Of a stretch of 64,000 nucleotides of DNA, positions 28,943 through 42,954 are shown piece after piece. Below the pieces are notes generated by a model that made no database searches, was not told the DNA's origin, and saw nothing but the letters and a program-made list of their open reading frames with translations. The stretch is taken from NCBI RefSeq assembly GCF_009914755.1, contig NC_060931.1; one strand, given 5' to 3'. Made by a program: the position numbers and the translations under genes. This stretch comes from the human T2T-CHM13v2.0 reference genome, Homo sapiens. How positions within the stretch are numbered: position 1 is the first letter of the stretch; every line of letters begins with the position of its first letter.

Positions 28943-29512
28943 AAGACGGTGTGGTGATTCCTCAAGGATCTAGAACCAGAAATACCATTTGACCCAGCAA
29001 TCCCATTACTGGGCACATACCCAAAGGATTATAAATCATTATACTATAAAGACACCTGCACACATATATTTATTGTGGCACTATTCACAGTAGCAAAGAC
29101 TTGGAACCAACCCAAATGTCCATCAACGATAGACTGGATTTAGAAAATGTGGCACCATGGAATACTATGCAGCCATAAAAAACAATGAGTTCATGTCTTT
29201 TGCAGGGACATGGATGAAGCTGGAAACCATCATTTTCAGCAAACTATCACGAGATGAGAAAATGAAACACCGCATGTTCTCACTCATAAGTGGGAGTTGA
29301 ATGATGAGAACACATGGACCCAGGGAGGGGAATATCACACACTGGGACCTGTCGGGGGGTTGGGGGCTAGGGGAGGGATAACATTAGGAGAAATACCTAA
29401 TGTAGGTGATAGGTTGATGGGTGCAGCAAACCACCAAGGCACGTGTATACCTGTGTACCAAAACTGCACACTCTGCACACATAACCCAGAACTTAAAGTA
29501 TAATAAAGAAAA
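28943..29512 (+). mobile_element. L1PA (PA6-PA7-like) 3' fragment
   Basis: 'gattcctcaaggatctagaaccagaaataccatttgaccc'...'ccagaacttaaagtataataaa'. Confidence 0.92.
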
Positions 29513-29549
29513 TAACATAATTGAGTATAAATAAATGTTATATTTATTT

Positions 29550-29715
29550 ATATATGATATACATGTATATCATATATATGATATACATGTATATCATATA
29601 TATGATATACATGTATATCATATATATGATATACATGTATATCATATATATGATATACATGTATATCATATATTATATATGATATACATGTATATCATAT
29701 ATTATATATGATATA
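29550..29715. repeat. AT-rich minisatellite of self-complementary 24-bp units
   Basis: tatatgatatacatgtatatcata x5 perfect (29551-29670), a sixth copy at 29676-29699, then a partial copy. Confidence 0.95.
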
Positions 29716-30410
29716 TATTTATATATTTGAGCATAAGTAAATGCTATAGTTTCATCACATAGTAACTGTGCCCATGGAAAGTCAGACTGCTTGGATGTGC
29801 AGGTCACAGTCCAAGCACTCCCATTCATTGGCTGGCAATTACAGAAATTTCAGGTTTATAATTAAGAGGATTAGGAATGATAGTAAAAGGAGTTAAAATA
29901 CATATTAAATAATACAAAGAAATTAAGGGAAAATAACCCCTAGAGAGCTTTCTTTGCAATTGAAAATCTGTATAGTGGCAACTAAAGTTACAGCATGAAA
30001 AGTCAATTAACTTAAAACTATATTAATAATCTCTGTGTGTAATAACCTAAAATAAGAATATTAGATTCCCAGGAAAATTAAACAAGTTTCTAAGATTTCT
30101 TATATCATTATGACCGATTTAAATAAGTCAATTCTATTATTATTATTACTTACAATATGTTCTTCGAAAATGAAGCTCATTTTTCAAATCTAATTTCTGA
30201 GGATAGTGTCTAGAATCAAAGAGATGAAATGTTGTGCTTCACAACCCATTCTGCAACTTGCTAAAATTTCAGATCAAATTCTAAAAAACCTATGTAAACA
30301 GATACTTTCTATTTACATTGCCAGATTTTCCCCTCTGTTTAAAAATAACAGATCGGTCATGCTTGAAGGTTGCATCCCGTTTTAGGTGTCAAAGAAATAA
30401 AGTTAGATAC

Positions 30411-30655
30411 CGCGGAGCGTTTTAGAGTCCACGTAAGCACATCTTTCTGTCTCACTGATAAGATCCAGTCCATCCTCTGCATAGTTCTGGTGTTTCTTTT
30501 TATCTGTCACGCTGTTGTGTAGACAGCTTGTGGCAGATGTATTCCATAAATGTTAAGGTACATTGGGTTCAGGATTGCTTCTGACATCAAGTGCATAGAT
30601 AGAGCTTTATCGTTTCCAAATATGGGCTGATCTCCAGCCAAGAAAATCTATGATT
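30411..30655 (-). pseudogene. candidate decayed coding exon (boundaries and frame ambiguous)
   Basis: Unique sequence; frame IFLAGDQPIFGNDKALSMHLMSEAILNPMYLNIYGIHLPQAVYTTA*QIKRNTRTMQRMDWILSV has one stop; alternative frame starts NHRFSWLEISPY; donor candidates gtgaga (30455) and gtatct (30410). Confidence 0.4.
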
Positions 30656-32065
30656 CTAGGACATACTGACATAATGAAAACTCAGTTAAGTTCCCATAGA
30701 GTGTAGCTTGTTTGGCTCTGACCTTTGGAGGGCAGAAGGGTTTATGTTAAATATTTGGTTGCATTGGGTTGGTGGACAGTCTATCTTTATTTTGACCTTT
30801 CTGTCTCTAGCTCTCTATTTTTCAAGCAGAAGACATAATCCTTCCCCTCAGCTAGAAAAGTGGCCCAGAACATTCCATAGCAATTAGTGGCCCCTATTGA
30901 TAGTTAGACTTTTGCAACAAAAGCATGTGCCTTCCTTGGTTGTACAATTTCTTATTTGTTCTTTAAAAGTAAATTTCCAGGAATAAATCCAGGAACTACC
31001 TGTGACTCTCTCTTCCCTCTCTCCAGTTCCTTTTCATAGCTAGAATGGTCCTTGCAAAGAGTAATAATTACCTATGCTTCCCACCTCTAGGTCACTTCAA
31101 ATGTATACTTTATCATGTCTGTTTCATATCTCCTAAAGAATCTAGCCACAGTGAAATTCCACCTCAATCTGTAGTATCAAGAAAGTTCAAACATATACTC
31201 TTTCCTAGTTTACTACCTAACAAATTCGTATCACACAAGGAAGAAAAAAATTCTTTATAACACATAAACATAAGTTATTCGACTCTTCTATTTGCTGGGT
31301 CTTTTCCTAGTAAATAAAAAGTGGGGACTACTTTCCATATTCTCAGAGGCATCATTTTAATATGTTTTTCCTACAATATACATTTTCCTTAGACCAAGTT
31401 GTATATTGCCATGTATTATTTTAAAACCAGGATAAATCGAAGTTTTAGATTGCTTAGCTACTACTTACTGCAGGATGTTAGAGCAAATGAAAAACTGAAA
31501 ATAATTCAAGAGATGATCCTTATGTTGGTAATTGAGTTGGTACAAACTACTATAATGTTAAAAGAAACAGAAAAAGCTAATTTAAGAAACGACCATTTCC
31601 TTTATGCCTTGTGAGCAGCAGGTTAAAGCTCAACGGATCTTTTTTAACATAATGGGGTACTGGGGAACCTTGTTATTAATGCCTCACTGAAAAACATTTA
31701 TCCAAGGTGTAAACAATCGACAAAACTTGAAATGTCTACCTGCCAAACATCAGGGCTTCAAGGTCTTTAAGCACTTTCTGTGCAGCAGGGGGTTGTATTT
31801 ATTATTTGAAAGGATGACCTGTTAATGGGATCCAGTGGTATTGGAATCTGACATATAACCTAGAGATAAAATTGGATGAATTGGATAATTTTTTGAAATG
31901 AATACCAGGGTAGGAAAAAAGATGTTTTTCAACATTATTAAATAATGCCGATATTTTTCTGTGTATCTAGGGGGATTCTCCTTGCTGTATGTTATTAATG
32001 ACTCCTGAAAACAGATAATGAAATTGACTTTAAATATTGTTCATGTGGATGCTCACATCTAGAAG

Positions 32066-32115
32066 GGGTGTGTGGTGTGTCGTGTGTGTGTGTGTGTGTC
32101 TGTGTGTGTGTGTGT
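32066..32115. repeat. (TG)n microsatellite, interrupted
   Basis: Visible directly in the sequence. Confidence 0.9.
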
Positions 32116-34035
32116 TTAAACTAGAATCTAATTTCCATCTCCTATGGGCTTTTAAAGGCTGTCTCCATAGCGATGACCAATGAGAGGAGAGGATTTAGCA
32201 GGTTTCTTTCTCAGTATATGTGGCACAGTCATCTCTTTTTATGTCCTTCTATTTGTTCCCTATATGCCATTACTGGCTGCCTCTATGGCAACAGCCAATG
32301 AGCTCTTGCACATACATCACTGCACCCTCTGTATATGCTCCTCTGTGTGTGCCCTCATGCACTCAGTGGTATCATAAAGCATCTGAGGAGTTGTACGTGC
32401 CCAGTGAGTTGGTTTTGTGCCCCTGGAACCTCCTCTTCCTTCCATGCCCTCAGGATAGCATGGATCATAATCACCTTAAAACTTGTACCTGCTTGAATTG
32501 TCCCTCCCTGTTCAGTACACATTAATCTTCTCTGACCTAGGTTCCATGGATATAATGTGTTCATTATAGAAGATGAAAGATGAAAGCTTGTTGGCTGCGT
32601 AGCTTTGGGAGAACCTCAACTTGTAAAATATGAAGTCCCGGTATGGGATAGATATTTAAGTCTAGCAGAACTTTCTTATAAAAGGATACATTCTAGTCAA
32701 CATTTTGATATTTCATACTACTTCTTGGTAGGATTTAAAACACTAGATTTGCATTTTATTGTTTTATAAACAATTATCATGTAAGTGATTTTTCTGCATG
32801 TGGTATTTATTTATTTTTCCTAGGGATAAAAGCAAACATTAAACATAAAATCCGCCCTCAAGAAGCCTATTTTCGCAAACAATCATCTTCCATACCCACT
32901 TTGATGAGATAATCATCTAATGAAAACAAATTGATGGTAATCAAATTGATGGTATACATTAAAAGAGGTAAAAATTAAAGACAAAAGAAGTATTGGTAAG
33001 TAGTTCAGAAATGTGTACATTTAAAACAAAAATATGAGATTAAGAGAAAACTAACCTGGTATTTAGATGTTTTTGTTGTTTTGCTTATGTTTAACTTTTA
33101 GACTTTCTCATAGAGACATTGTAACTAAAATCCACACTTCTGTAATATTGCGCTTGTAATTTCCATTTCAAACCCTAAAGCAAAATTTAATTTAATTCAA
33201 TTTGCAGTTTGGAGCACAGTGTAGACAATTTAAACTTAACTATATCTAATTATTTTCACCATTTTGTGTTTTAAAATTAACAACAAATCTTGCAATAGCA
33301 TATATTCTAATATGTTCCTTTTCAATTGGTGATAAATGGCAGCAGAAATCCTTGTAAGGAAAGGATCCAAAGAAAACATTCTTGTGAGCTATATTGATTG
33401 TCACTCATTGTAAGAAAAAGCAAACACTTTGTCTTCACAAATTGGGTCCTCAGGCCTGCAGGAGTATTCCTCTTGAATGGGGGTTGTTATTACTCCAAGA
33501 GACTGGGGCTAGGGATGGCATAGACAAAGGAAAGCTGAAAAACTCATATTCAAGACTAAATCTTAGAGATCAGAAGTGATTCCTTCAATGACTACTCAGA
33601 AGTCAGCTACCACAGATCAGGGAACATAGTCATAACAACATCATAAAACTACTTAAATTTTGTAATTTCCCCATGCATTTTGGTTTTGCCATCCCCTTAA
33701 AATCAAAAGTCCTGTGTGTTTGTCTTTGGGGACAGCAAGAAAGCCTGAAGTTGCAGAGACTATCCCTCTTTGCTGCTATATTAGTGGTGAGAAGATCTTT
33801 GAGGATGAGAGAGGGGTGGAAGCACTGTGGACATTACTGAGGTTAATGTCAAACAACAAGGCCAGCACAGAAGCCAATCTGGGTTATAGGCACACTGAGT
33901 ATATCTTACTAACCACACAGCATCATGACCCCCCGATGCATTCAATTGGGATGATGTTATGTGCCATTTAAATCTTTATCACTAACTCTTTATCACATGC
34001 CATGAGACTCAATCACTGAAATCTTAGTCTATTCA

Positions 34036-34832
34036 TTTATGCAGCCAACAGACACATGAAAAAATGCTCATCATCACTGGCCATCAGAGAAATGCAAATC
34101 AAAACCACAGTGAGATATCATCTCACACCAGTTAGAATGGCGATCATTAAAAAGTCAGGAAACAACAGGTGCTGGAGAGGATGTGGAGAAATAGGAACAC
34201 TTTTACACTGTTGGTGGGACTGTAAACTAATTCAACCATTGTGGAAGACAGTGTGGCGATTCCTCAGGGATCTAGAACTAGAAATATCATTTGACCCAGC
34301 CATCCCATTACTGGGTATATACCCAAAGGAATATAAATCACACTGCTATAAAGACACATGCACACATATGTTTATTGTGGCACTACTCACAATAGCAAAG
34401 ACTTGGAGCCAATCCAAATGTCCAACAATGATAGACTGGATTAAGAAAATGTGGCACATATACACCATAGAACACTAGCAGTTATAAAAAAGGATGAGTT
34501 CATGTCCTTTGTAGGGACGTGGAAGAAGCTGGAAACCATCATTCTCAGCAAACTATTGCAAGGACAAAAAACCAAACACCGCATGTTCTCACTCATAGGT
34601 GGGAATAGAACAATGAGAACACTTGGACACAGGAAGGGGAACATCACACACCGGGGCCTGTTGTGGGGTGGGGGGAGGGGGAGGGATAGCATTAGGAGAT
34701 ATACCTAATGTAAATGACGAGTTAATGGGTGTAGCACACCAACATGGCACATGTATACATATGTAACAAACCTGCATGTTGTGCACATGTACCTTAGAAC
34801 TTCAAGTACAATAAAAAATATATATATATATA
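34036..34832 (+). mobile_element. L1PA (PA4-PA5-like) 3' fragment
   Basis: ORF2 C-terminus [18 protein letters not shown]...HCWWDCKL...[10 protein letters not shown]; 3'UTR with G-rich tract and A/TA tail. Confidence 0.95.
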
Positions 34833-35996
34833 AAGAACTGAGTAGATCTTACAATTTTCAAAGACCCACTTGGATATACTCTTCAAATAATTTTTGAAAT
34901 CTGTCATAACCAAATAAAACGTGCAAATGAAAACCAATAAAAAGAAATCTTGGTCTATTTTATGAAGAGGTTGGTTCACCCTAAACACTGTCTTCAGACA
35001 TTCCATTTATTGTGAATTATTTTTCAACCCAGGCAGATTATTTTTCTGTTCCCTAGATAATGCTAAAAATAGCAGTATTATTCCATCTTAAGTAGTTGTT
35101 AAGTAATGCTTAGCAATTGAGGTTTGGAGAATTTCTGATGCTTTTTAAAAGCAACTTCATACTCCTAACCCATAGCTTTCTTTCAGCAATTGCTCACATA
35201 CCTCCCAAATTTTCCTATCTGATTTTCTTTTCCTCCAACTGCAATATCAAGTTACCATTAGCACTCATTCTTTGGTTTTCTCTTTGCCAAGTGACATTAC
35301 ATGGTAATTGTCTAGTATCAGTTTTTCTTCCTCCACTGCCGCCTCCTTACCCCATTTTATCTGCAGGCATTAGGTTCTATTTCACTTTTATGTTGAATAT
35401 TAAACTTTCAGGTAAAATTAGTGATTTTTCTAGTGTTAAAAATTGTTATTTTCTCATTGAATGGTGTTTATCATCTGTCCCCATTTAGTCCTATTTCAGT
35501 CTCTAAGTACAGTTGAACCTAAAGTTATGCAAGACCAGAAATCTTTTCAAGTTTGCACTCTCCTTGCTATAGTTATACAAACCAGTGGAAAGTAATTTTC
35601 ATTAGTTAATACAATGGTAGACTAAAATTCATTTGGTTAACAGGAAATGAAGTTTCTCTGTTCCTCTTTTCCCTCCAGTTTTTACACTGATAATTTAATC
35701 TCATTGATTCTTAAGTAAATTTTTTTGTGCATTATTCTTATGAAATCATTATTCTTGTTATTATTATAAAACCTTTATGTATGTTTAGGCTGTGGGAGGT
35801 GGTGGGGAAGTCATAGGGGGTGGAGGATAGGGTGGAAGAGGGATGCTTCGACTGGTTTGTTTAGATCATTATATATAAATCAACTGTAGTACTAATACTT
35901 GCTTCAATATTTGAAGTAAAAAAGAAGAAAGGAGAAGTAAGAAAAGGTAAAAGCAACAAGGTAAAAGAAAAAAATCTTTTCTTTTTTCTTTCTTAC

Positions 35997-36566
<570 letters not shown>

Positions 36567-37969
36567 CTGTTATAAGGACATGAAATTAAACTAACATTTA
36601 CTAATATGTGTATAGGGGATAGCACTTTACCCTTTCCAGAAGTATTTGCATTTTAAGAAAGATGTAAACCAAAGGATAATCTTTTTGGTAGAATTTTATG
36701 GGGTGTAACGACTGAAGTACAAATAATAATAATAATAATTCAGGAAGTATTTTACTTGGGCCAGAGCCCTGTTTGGGAATCTGGATTCACAGTCTGTTCA
36801 TTCTGTCCACAACTTCCCTCACTCACTCTTTTGGATGCATGGATTGTCAAAAAATTCCATCTACCTGTACTCCTCCCTTTCTCCACCCTCCCATACCTCA
36901 ACTGGCAATAGTTCTGAGTCTTGTTCATGTATGTGGAGATGTGGAAATTAAATTATGGATCATTAGTAGATATTGTTCCCCTAACTCAGAAACTGCTTGA
37001 GCTCAGAAGCAGCATTATTTGACATCTGATCAGAAGTTTCAATGCTTAATTTTTTAAATCATAAAAGTAATATGTGATAATTATAACTAATTTAAACAAA
37101 ATACATGACACAAGAGAATAATCCCCCTCTTTCTCCAACTCCAAATCCATTCTGTAAAGGCAACCACTGTTATCAATTTGTGGTATATCTTTTCTGATTT
37201 TTATTCATGCTTGGCTAATTTTGGCTCTGCATAAACCTGACATTTAGCTTTTCAAGCATTCTCACGAGCTATCTTGTGAAAAAAGGTAGATCAGATTTAC
37301 ATCTGAGCTATGACATATAATATTTAATAAAGAAAGTAAGTGCCATAAAATGAAAGTTTCCCATAACATTATTTTAAAGAAAATCAGCTATTGAACATTA
37401 TTACAATTTTATTTCATTATACCCACATCATAATTTATAATTTCCTACAAAATTTTGCTTGCAAACACAGTTCTGCTAAGTTACTAATTTATATGTTCCT
37501 GTCTTATTTGTATGCCATTTTAAGCTTGAGGCTTTTCATGTCCTTTTCTCTGCATTCTGTTTATTTGGTAATAGGTTTGAAAGATTAAAAAGTGGAATAT
37601 TGGTTAGAGCATAAGACTCAAAACAAAAAAAACCCCTCAAATTTAGAAAGTTTTCTATTCATCTCTATATATTTATCAATAATTAAGGAATACTTCAGTT
37701 TCCTCATCTATAAATGGGGATTAATTTTTGGATGAGTTGTTATTTGGCATACATTTAAAAATAATCCATTGTATACTAAAATTATTTTTGTCTACCGTGA
37801 GTTTTCTTTCCTCCAGATAGAATAATTCAAGTATTTTTCATGCCAGCTTACTGTCATCTCCAGTAATTGTTAATTTGTTTCAAATACAACTAGGTAAAGA
37901 TAATTTTATTTATTTATTTTTTTTTAGAATTTGCTTGAGAGCGGAGGTCAGTTTTTGTTTTTCACTTAC

Positions 37970-38067
37970 ATCACACTTTTGAGATGCTCTCCCTGTAAAA
38001 ATTTCACTGGAATTATATTGATCGTTCAACTACTCTACACTTCAGATACTATTTTAAAAATCGAGGA
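37970..38067 (-). pseudogene. candidate decayed exon (98 nt)
   Basis: Branch point plus acceptor 'tactgattttcattggtttcttccag|', consensus donor 'GAT|gtaagt'; SSIFKIVSEV*SS*TINIIPVKFLQGEHLKSV. Confidence 0.55.
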
Positions 38068-38434
38068 CTGGAAGAAACCAATGAAAATCAGTAATAGGAG
38101 TAGATTTTCAATGGTAATATTAAAAAATAACTGTGTGAGCTCTGGGGATGTTAGTATACTTTTAATGCGGCATGGTTTAAAGGCACAGAATGCTATTATC
38201 CAAAAACAAAATGCATAAATGAGTCAATTATCCATGCAAATTTGGCAACAATGTGTTCAACATATTATTTTATTTTAAAAGGTTAAATACACAGAATAAT
38301 TTTAAAACAGAGAAAGTAAAGCCTGTTCAATTATAGCACTGTATTTTAAACCCAGAGATACATGAACTCTGCAGAAACCTGAAGAACCAGGCTCATGTGG
38401 AGACAAAGGGAACACTAAATGGAGAAAAAACACG

Positions 38435-38561
38435 TTTTTTTTTTTTTTTTTTTTGAGACGGAGTCTCGTTCTGTCGCCCAGGCTAGAGTGCAGTGGCGCA
38501 ATCTCCGCTCACTGCAACCTCTGCCTCCCGAGTTCATGCCATTCTCCTGCCTCAGCCTCCC
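38435..38561 (-). mobile_element. Alu (S/Y) 5'-truncated right arm
   Basis: Poly-T then 'gagacggagtctcg...cctcagcctccc'; TSD agaaaaaacac at 38423-38433 and 38562-38572. Confidence 0.93.
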
Positions 38562-38591
38562 AGAAAAAACACTTTCTATCATGAATCATAC

Positions 38592-38886
38592 TTTCTTGTA
38601 TAAAATCTGTACCGTACTCTAAACTCTGTGTTAGGATCTATGCCAACACACTATTTATTGCTTCTTCCTCCTCTTTCTCTCAGGACATCTTTTTTTGTAG
38701 ATTGAAGGTGGGAAATGCTATGTGCTTATATCTGAGAAGATGTCTCTCTCTGCTTTAGAATCATCAATCTTTCCCACAGCCAGAGGTAGGCTGGCTTCCA
38801 TCTTGATTGTCAGTGCTGCAGTGAGCTCTGTTCTTCTGTGTTTTTATTGGTATTTTAGTGAGAGGTAGGAAAAGCTGCCTGCTGGG
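38592..38886 (-). pseudogene. candidate decayed exon (295 nt)
   Basis: Acceptor 'catttcttcaacag|', donor 'AAA|gtatga'; PAGSFSYLSLKYQ*KHRRTELTAALTIKMEASLPLAVGKIDDSKAERDIFSDIST; alternative 3' frame [27 protein letters not shown]. Confidence 0.45.
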
Positions 38887-39734
38887 CTGTTGAAGAAATG
38901 TTGACAGTTGCCAGGCCAGTACTCTGTATGTGGCTCAGGCTTAGTAAGTAGTTATTGAATGAATAACTGCATGAGTTTAAAGAGCAGAGATAGTACAAAG
39001 AGCAGAGATAGTTCTTTATATAGCAGAACAAGCAGCTGATTACTTAGAATGATTTGAAAGGCAAAAAGGACTGCTTGGTTCCTTAATCTAGTGGATAAAA
39101 TACAGTGCCTGAAATTCTTACCTTAAGTTTATGAATACTTTTGTGTTTGGGCATTGAATGCTTTTCTAAAATGGAAATTATTTTTGGAATAAGCCATAAT
39201 CAACAATCAAAACCTAATGTAAATCTGTATAGCAGTTTAGTTGATTTAGAGATTTATTACAGAAAAAGCTTCGATTCTTGGGAAAGAGAAGTGGGAAATG
39301 GAGGGGAGAAGGTTGAAAATCTGGAGTGTTTGCACTCAAAGCATGGGGCAGTGAGGAGAGGGCCGGGGTAGGGGGTGGAGACCTTCTCCAAAAGTGGAAG
39401 CCAAAATAGAGATGACAGAGTATGAGTCAAAGGGGAGAAATTTGAATGCTTGTGCAATTTAGCTGTCCTGCAATGGAAAGACTTATTTTCTTGGGTTTCT
39501 CATTATAGCCAGGAGGGCAAAAAAGAGAAAAACAAACAGAAAACATTACTTCCAACTGGCTTTCTGCTGAATTCTCCAGAGAATGGCTGGATTGTCACAG
39601 TGGTTGCCTTTAAGGCCTTAAGCATAAGCCACTTCCTTGTCTTGCTTCTTATATTCATGAAACTTTCACTCTAGAATTCTAGGACAAAGGAAGGAGATGA
39701 TAAGGAGAAGTTAAATTTTGTATAGCAAATGATT

Positions 39735-40462
39735 TTATTTTTACTTTTTAATTGTGATAAAATACACATAACATAAAACTTACTATGTTAATCATTTAAA
39801 AATGTACAGTTATGTTAAGCATTTTCATGTTGTTGTGCAACCAATCTTCAGAACTTTTTCATCTTGCAAAACTAAAACTTTATAGCCATTAAGTAACAAC
39901 CTCTCCATTTTCCTCTTCCTCAGCTCCTGACAACAACCATTCTACCTGCTGTGTCTATGAGTTTGATTACTCTTAATACCCTGTATAAGTGAAGTCATGC
40001 AGTATTTGCATTTTTGTGACTGGCTTATTTCATTTACCATAATATTCTCATAAAGCGTTCATCCACTTTATAGCATGTGTTAGAATTTCCTTACTCTTTA
40101 AGGCTATTATTCCATTATATGTATAAACTACATTTTGTTTATCCATTATCGATGGACACGGGTTGCTTCCACTTTTTGGTTACTGTGAACAATGCTGCTA
40201 TGAACATGGGTATACAAACATTTCTTTAAAACCCTGCTTTCAATTATTTTGAGTATATGACCAGAAGTAAAATTGCTGGATCATGTGGTAATTCTATTTT
40301 TAATTCTTTTAAGGGACAGTCATACTGTTTTCTGTAGTGGCTGCACCATTTTACATTCCTACCAGGGGTGTACAAGAGTTGCAATTTTTTCACATCCTTG
40401 CCAGCACTTGTTATTTTATGTTTGTTTGTTTTTTTTTCCTTTTGATAGCAGCTGTAGTAACT
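39735..40462 (-). mobile_element. L1MB-like 3' fragment
   Basis: 'taattgtgataaaatacacataacataaaa', 'gaactttttcatcttgcaaaac', 'attgctggatcatgtggtaattctat'. Confidence 0.88.
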
Positions 40463-41023
40463 GACTTTTTAAAGGTCACTTTCGCCAAGCTATCATTTTT
40501 CCTTTACAGATGTGGAAATTGCAGTTCAAAGGAGAAATGATTGCCTTCAATGGTAGCTAAAGAATTGAAATCCAAGTTTTCAAAATCCAAATACAAGTCT
40601 CCTCCTACAACAGCAGACTTCACAATATATCAGACAAAACTATTAGAAACAGCAAGCAAGAGGATCTTAAAATTGGGGAGATGAGGGACTTGAAGCCTGA
40701 TGGGGGAGGTTTCTAGTTTTTAATGTAGTTTGAGCTGCAGGTAAAAATCTGCTGATAATAATACTGTCCAAAGGAGGAATTTAGTTTTTTTAAAAAAATT
40801 AGCTATGCGAACAGTAAAGCTTGACCTTCATTAATATGTGCTCATTAGCATTATCTGATTTACCTAGGTGTTAGCCCAGGTGTTTGGAAGAGCAGCCAGG
40901 AGAATAACTCAGATCATTACAAAACTGGAGATGTATCTTCTGTTCCTCTCTGAGGACTTTCAAATAAACATTAATTATAACAGCACAAATTTAGAAATGG
41001 CTGATTACATAATTTTGGCAAAC

Positions 41024-41418
41024 CTGTCATTATCCATAAATATTTCATGAAATACAGAAATGCATGCAGCATTTTTCATAAAGCTTCATAAAGACACTTT
41101 TTTCTCTGATGGGGGAAAAAAAACCCCTGTGTTTCTTATATAATTCTCAGGTCAGGCAAACACTACTTCTGGAGCATACAATTATACCTACAGTTTCAGA
41201 TACCATGGTTAATCTTCTTGGCTTTATATTTTGGGAACAATGTAGCAGGAACTGTGTTTAAGCTAAATGCTTATCTGATGATAGACTTCCTCTCTTACAT
41301 TATGGAGGGAAATAAAATGATGTGATGATATAAGCGCAATGTAGCGCTCTGCAGAGTTCAATATCCTGCAGTTTCTTTGTGCTCTTCCTGCTTGATATGC
41401 AAGTTACTTCTAAGTGTC
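41024..41418 (-). pseudogene. two candidate decayed exons (41188-41418 and 41024-41105) with an 82-nt intron
   Basis: Acceptors 'ggtttttcag|' and 'ttttttttcccccatcag|'; donors gtataa and gtttgc; spliced frame HLEVTCISSRKSTKKLQDIELCRALHCAYIITSFYFPP*CKRGSLSSDKHLA*TQFLLHCSQNIKPRRLTMVSETV/EKKVSL*SFMKNAACISVFHEIFMDND. Confidence 0.5.
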
Positions 41419-41775
41419 CTGAAAAACCACTCATCATGGAGAACTTAAAAGTAACACTGGGCACTGTGAGAGTATTGTGCTGAGAAGACAGTGACAGAGC
41501 CTAATGTGAGTCATGTTTTTTCATACTTAACACCTCTTCACAGAATCATCTCAATTTTATGGATGACAAGTGTGAAGAAGACAGAAGTCAGGAGAGAACA
41601 ATGCCAAATTTATCCTAGAAACAATTAATTGATCAATGGATTTATGCACACCAAAACTATTTAATAGGCACCTATATCATGTGTCAGTCACAGTGCTGGA
41701 CACTCAGGTGAGTGATACAAACAAGAAAATACATCATTCCTGCTCTCAAGGACGTTAAAAATAATCTCCATGATG

Positions 41776-41960
41776 CAGTGGCTTTCAGACTTTGGTGTAC
41801 ATCAGAATCACATGGAAGGCTTGTTAAAGCACAGGTTGTTGGGCCTTACCCTTATACTTTCTGATTCTTTGGGTATGGGAACGGGGAGCAAAAATTTCAA
41901 AAATGTTCCCAGACGATGTTGATGTCACTGGTCCTGGGACCGCACTTTGGGAACCACCAT
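41776..41960. mobile_element. MER5A hAT-Charlie MITE
   Basis: 'cagtggctttcagactttggtgtacatcagaatcacatggaaggcttgttaaa'...'cactttgggaaccac'. Confidence 0.85.
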
Positions 41961-42954
41961 TATAATGAAACTTTTGTAGCAGCAAAAGAGAGCCTAAATC
42001 TTAAAAATCTTAACTTGTGAAAGCCTTGTTTGCTTAAATGTAATAATAATGTCAAAGCTTTACATGTTTAATTAAGGCTCTCCTGCTGTCCAATTAACAT
42101 AGCCCCTAAAAGGGAACTTCAAATGAATAGTGCCATTATGCTTCACACAGACACACACACAGACACACAGACACATGCACACACTCATACATACAGAAAT
42201 TTTAAAAAAGGGCTAGATGAAAACATTTTGGAGATTGTGAATGATATTTAGTCCACTATCACCAAAAATAATACCTGGTAAGGAAAATGAGACACAAATA
42301 AAAATATTCAGTGGAAAAGAAAAACACTTCAAATTGAATTATGTAAAAAAAAAATCAATTGAATTATGTAAAAAAAATTAAATGCTGATATCCTGATAAG
42401 ACTGCACAAATGTTAGAGCAATAATGAAAGAGGAAACAAATTTATGTTTTTTACACTAAAAATGATATAACAGAAGATAAAATAATTGATGTGTCTTTAA
42501 TATAATACAAGGGCAATTGTATCTGATTTTAAAAAATGATCTGGTTTTCTATGGATTGGCTTCTTGATGGAATCTTTTCAGTTGTTTGATGTTAAAACCA
42601 ATTTAATGATAAATGAGTAATGATGGATATGCTTCTTTATGTACCTGTACACTTACATGGTACAAAGTACAGGCAGTGACTTTCAATGACCAAGTAAGAG
42701 AGATTAGAGTGTAATACAAGTGAATGTAAAAATGGCAGGAGTGGCTAAAAGTAAGCAAAAGATGAGTCATGTTGAATTTATGTGATACCCTTTTTCTGAT
42801 GGTCTCAGAAAATACTGGCATTTAAAACTCATTGAGAGAGTGTAGCCAGGCATTATTACCTGTGTTGTTATATGTTTAAGATGAACATACAGAAGCACAG
42901 AGATTTCCTGACTCTCCCAAGGATTGGTATACTGAATGCAAGAATTAGAATCAG

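Noticed and set aside
29550-29715. Regular palindromic repeat array resembling a CRISPR
   Set aside because: There are no unique spacers and no cas genes, and the context is primate; it is an AT-rich minisatellite.
34056-34478. 140-aa ORF
   Set aside because: It is the LINE-1 ORF2 C-terminal fragment of a 5'-truncated L1PA, not a host gene.
39345-39378. Possible G-quadruplex
   Set aside because: It needs an 11-nt loop, and such motifs are common; no other support.
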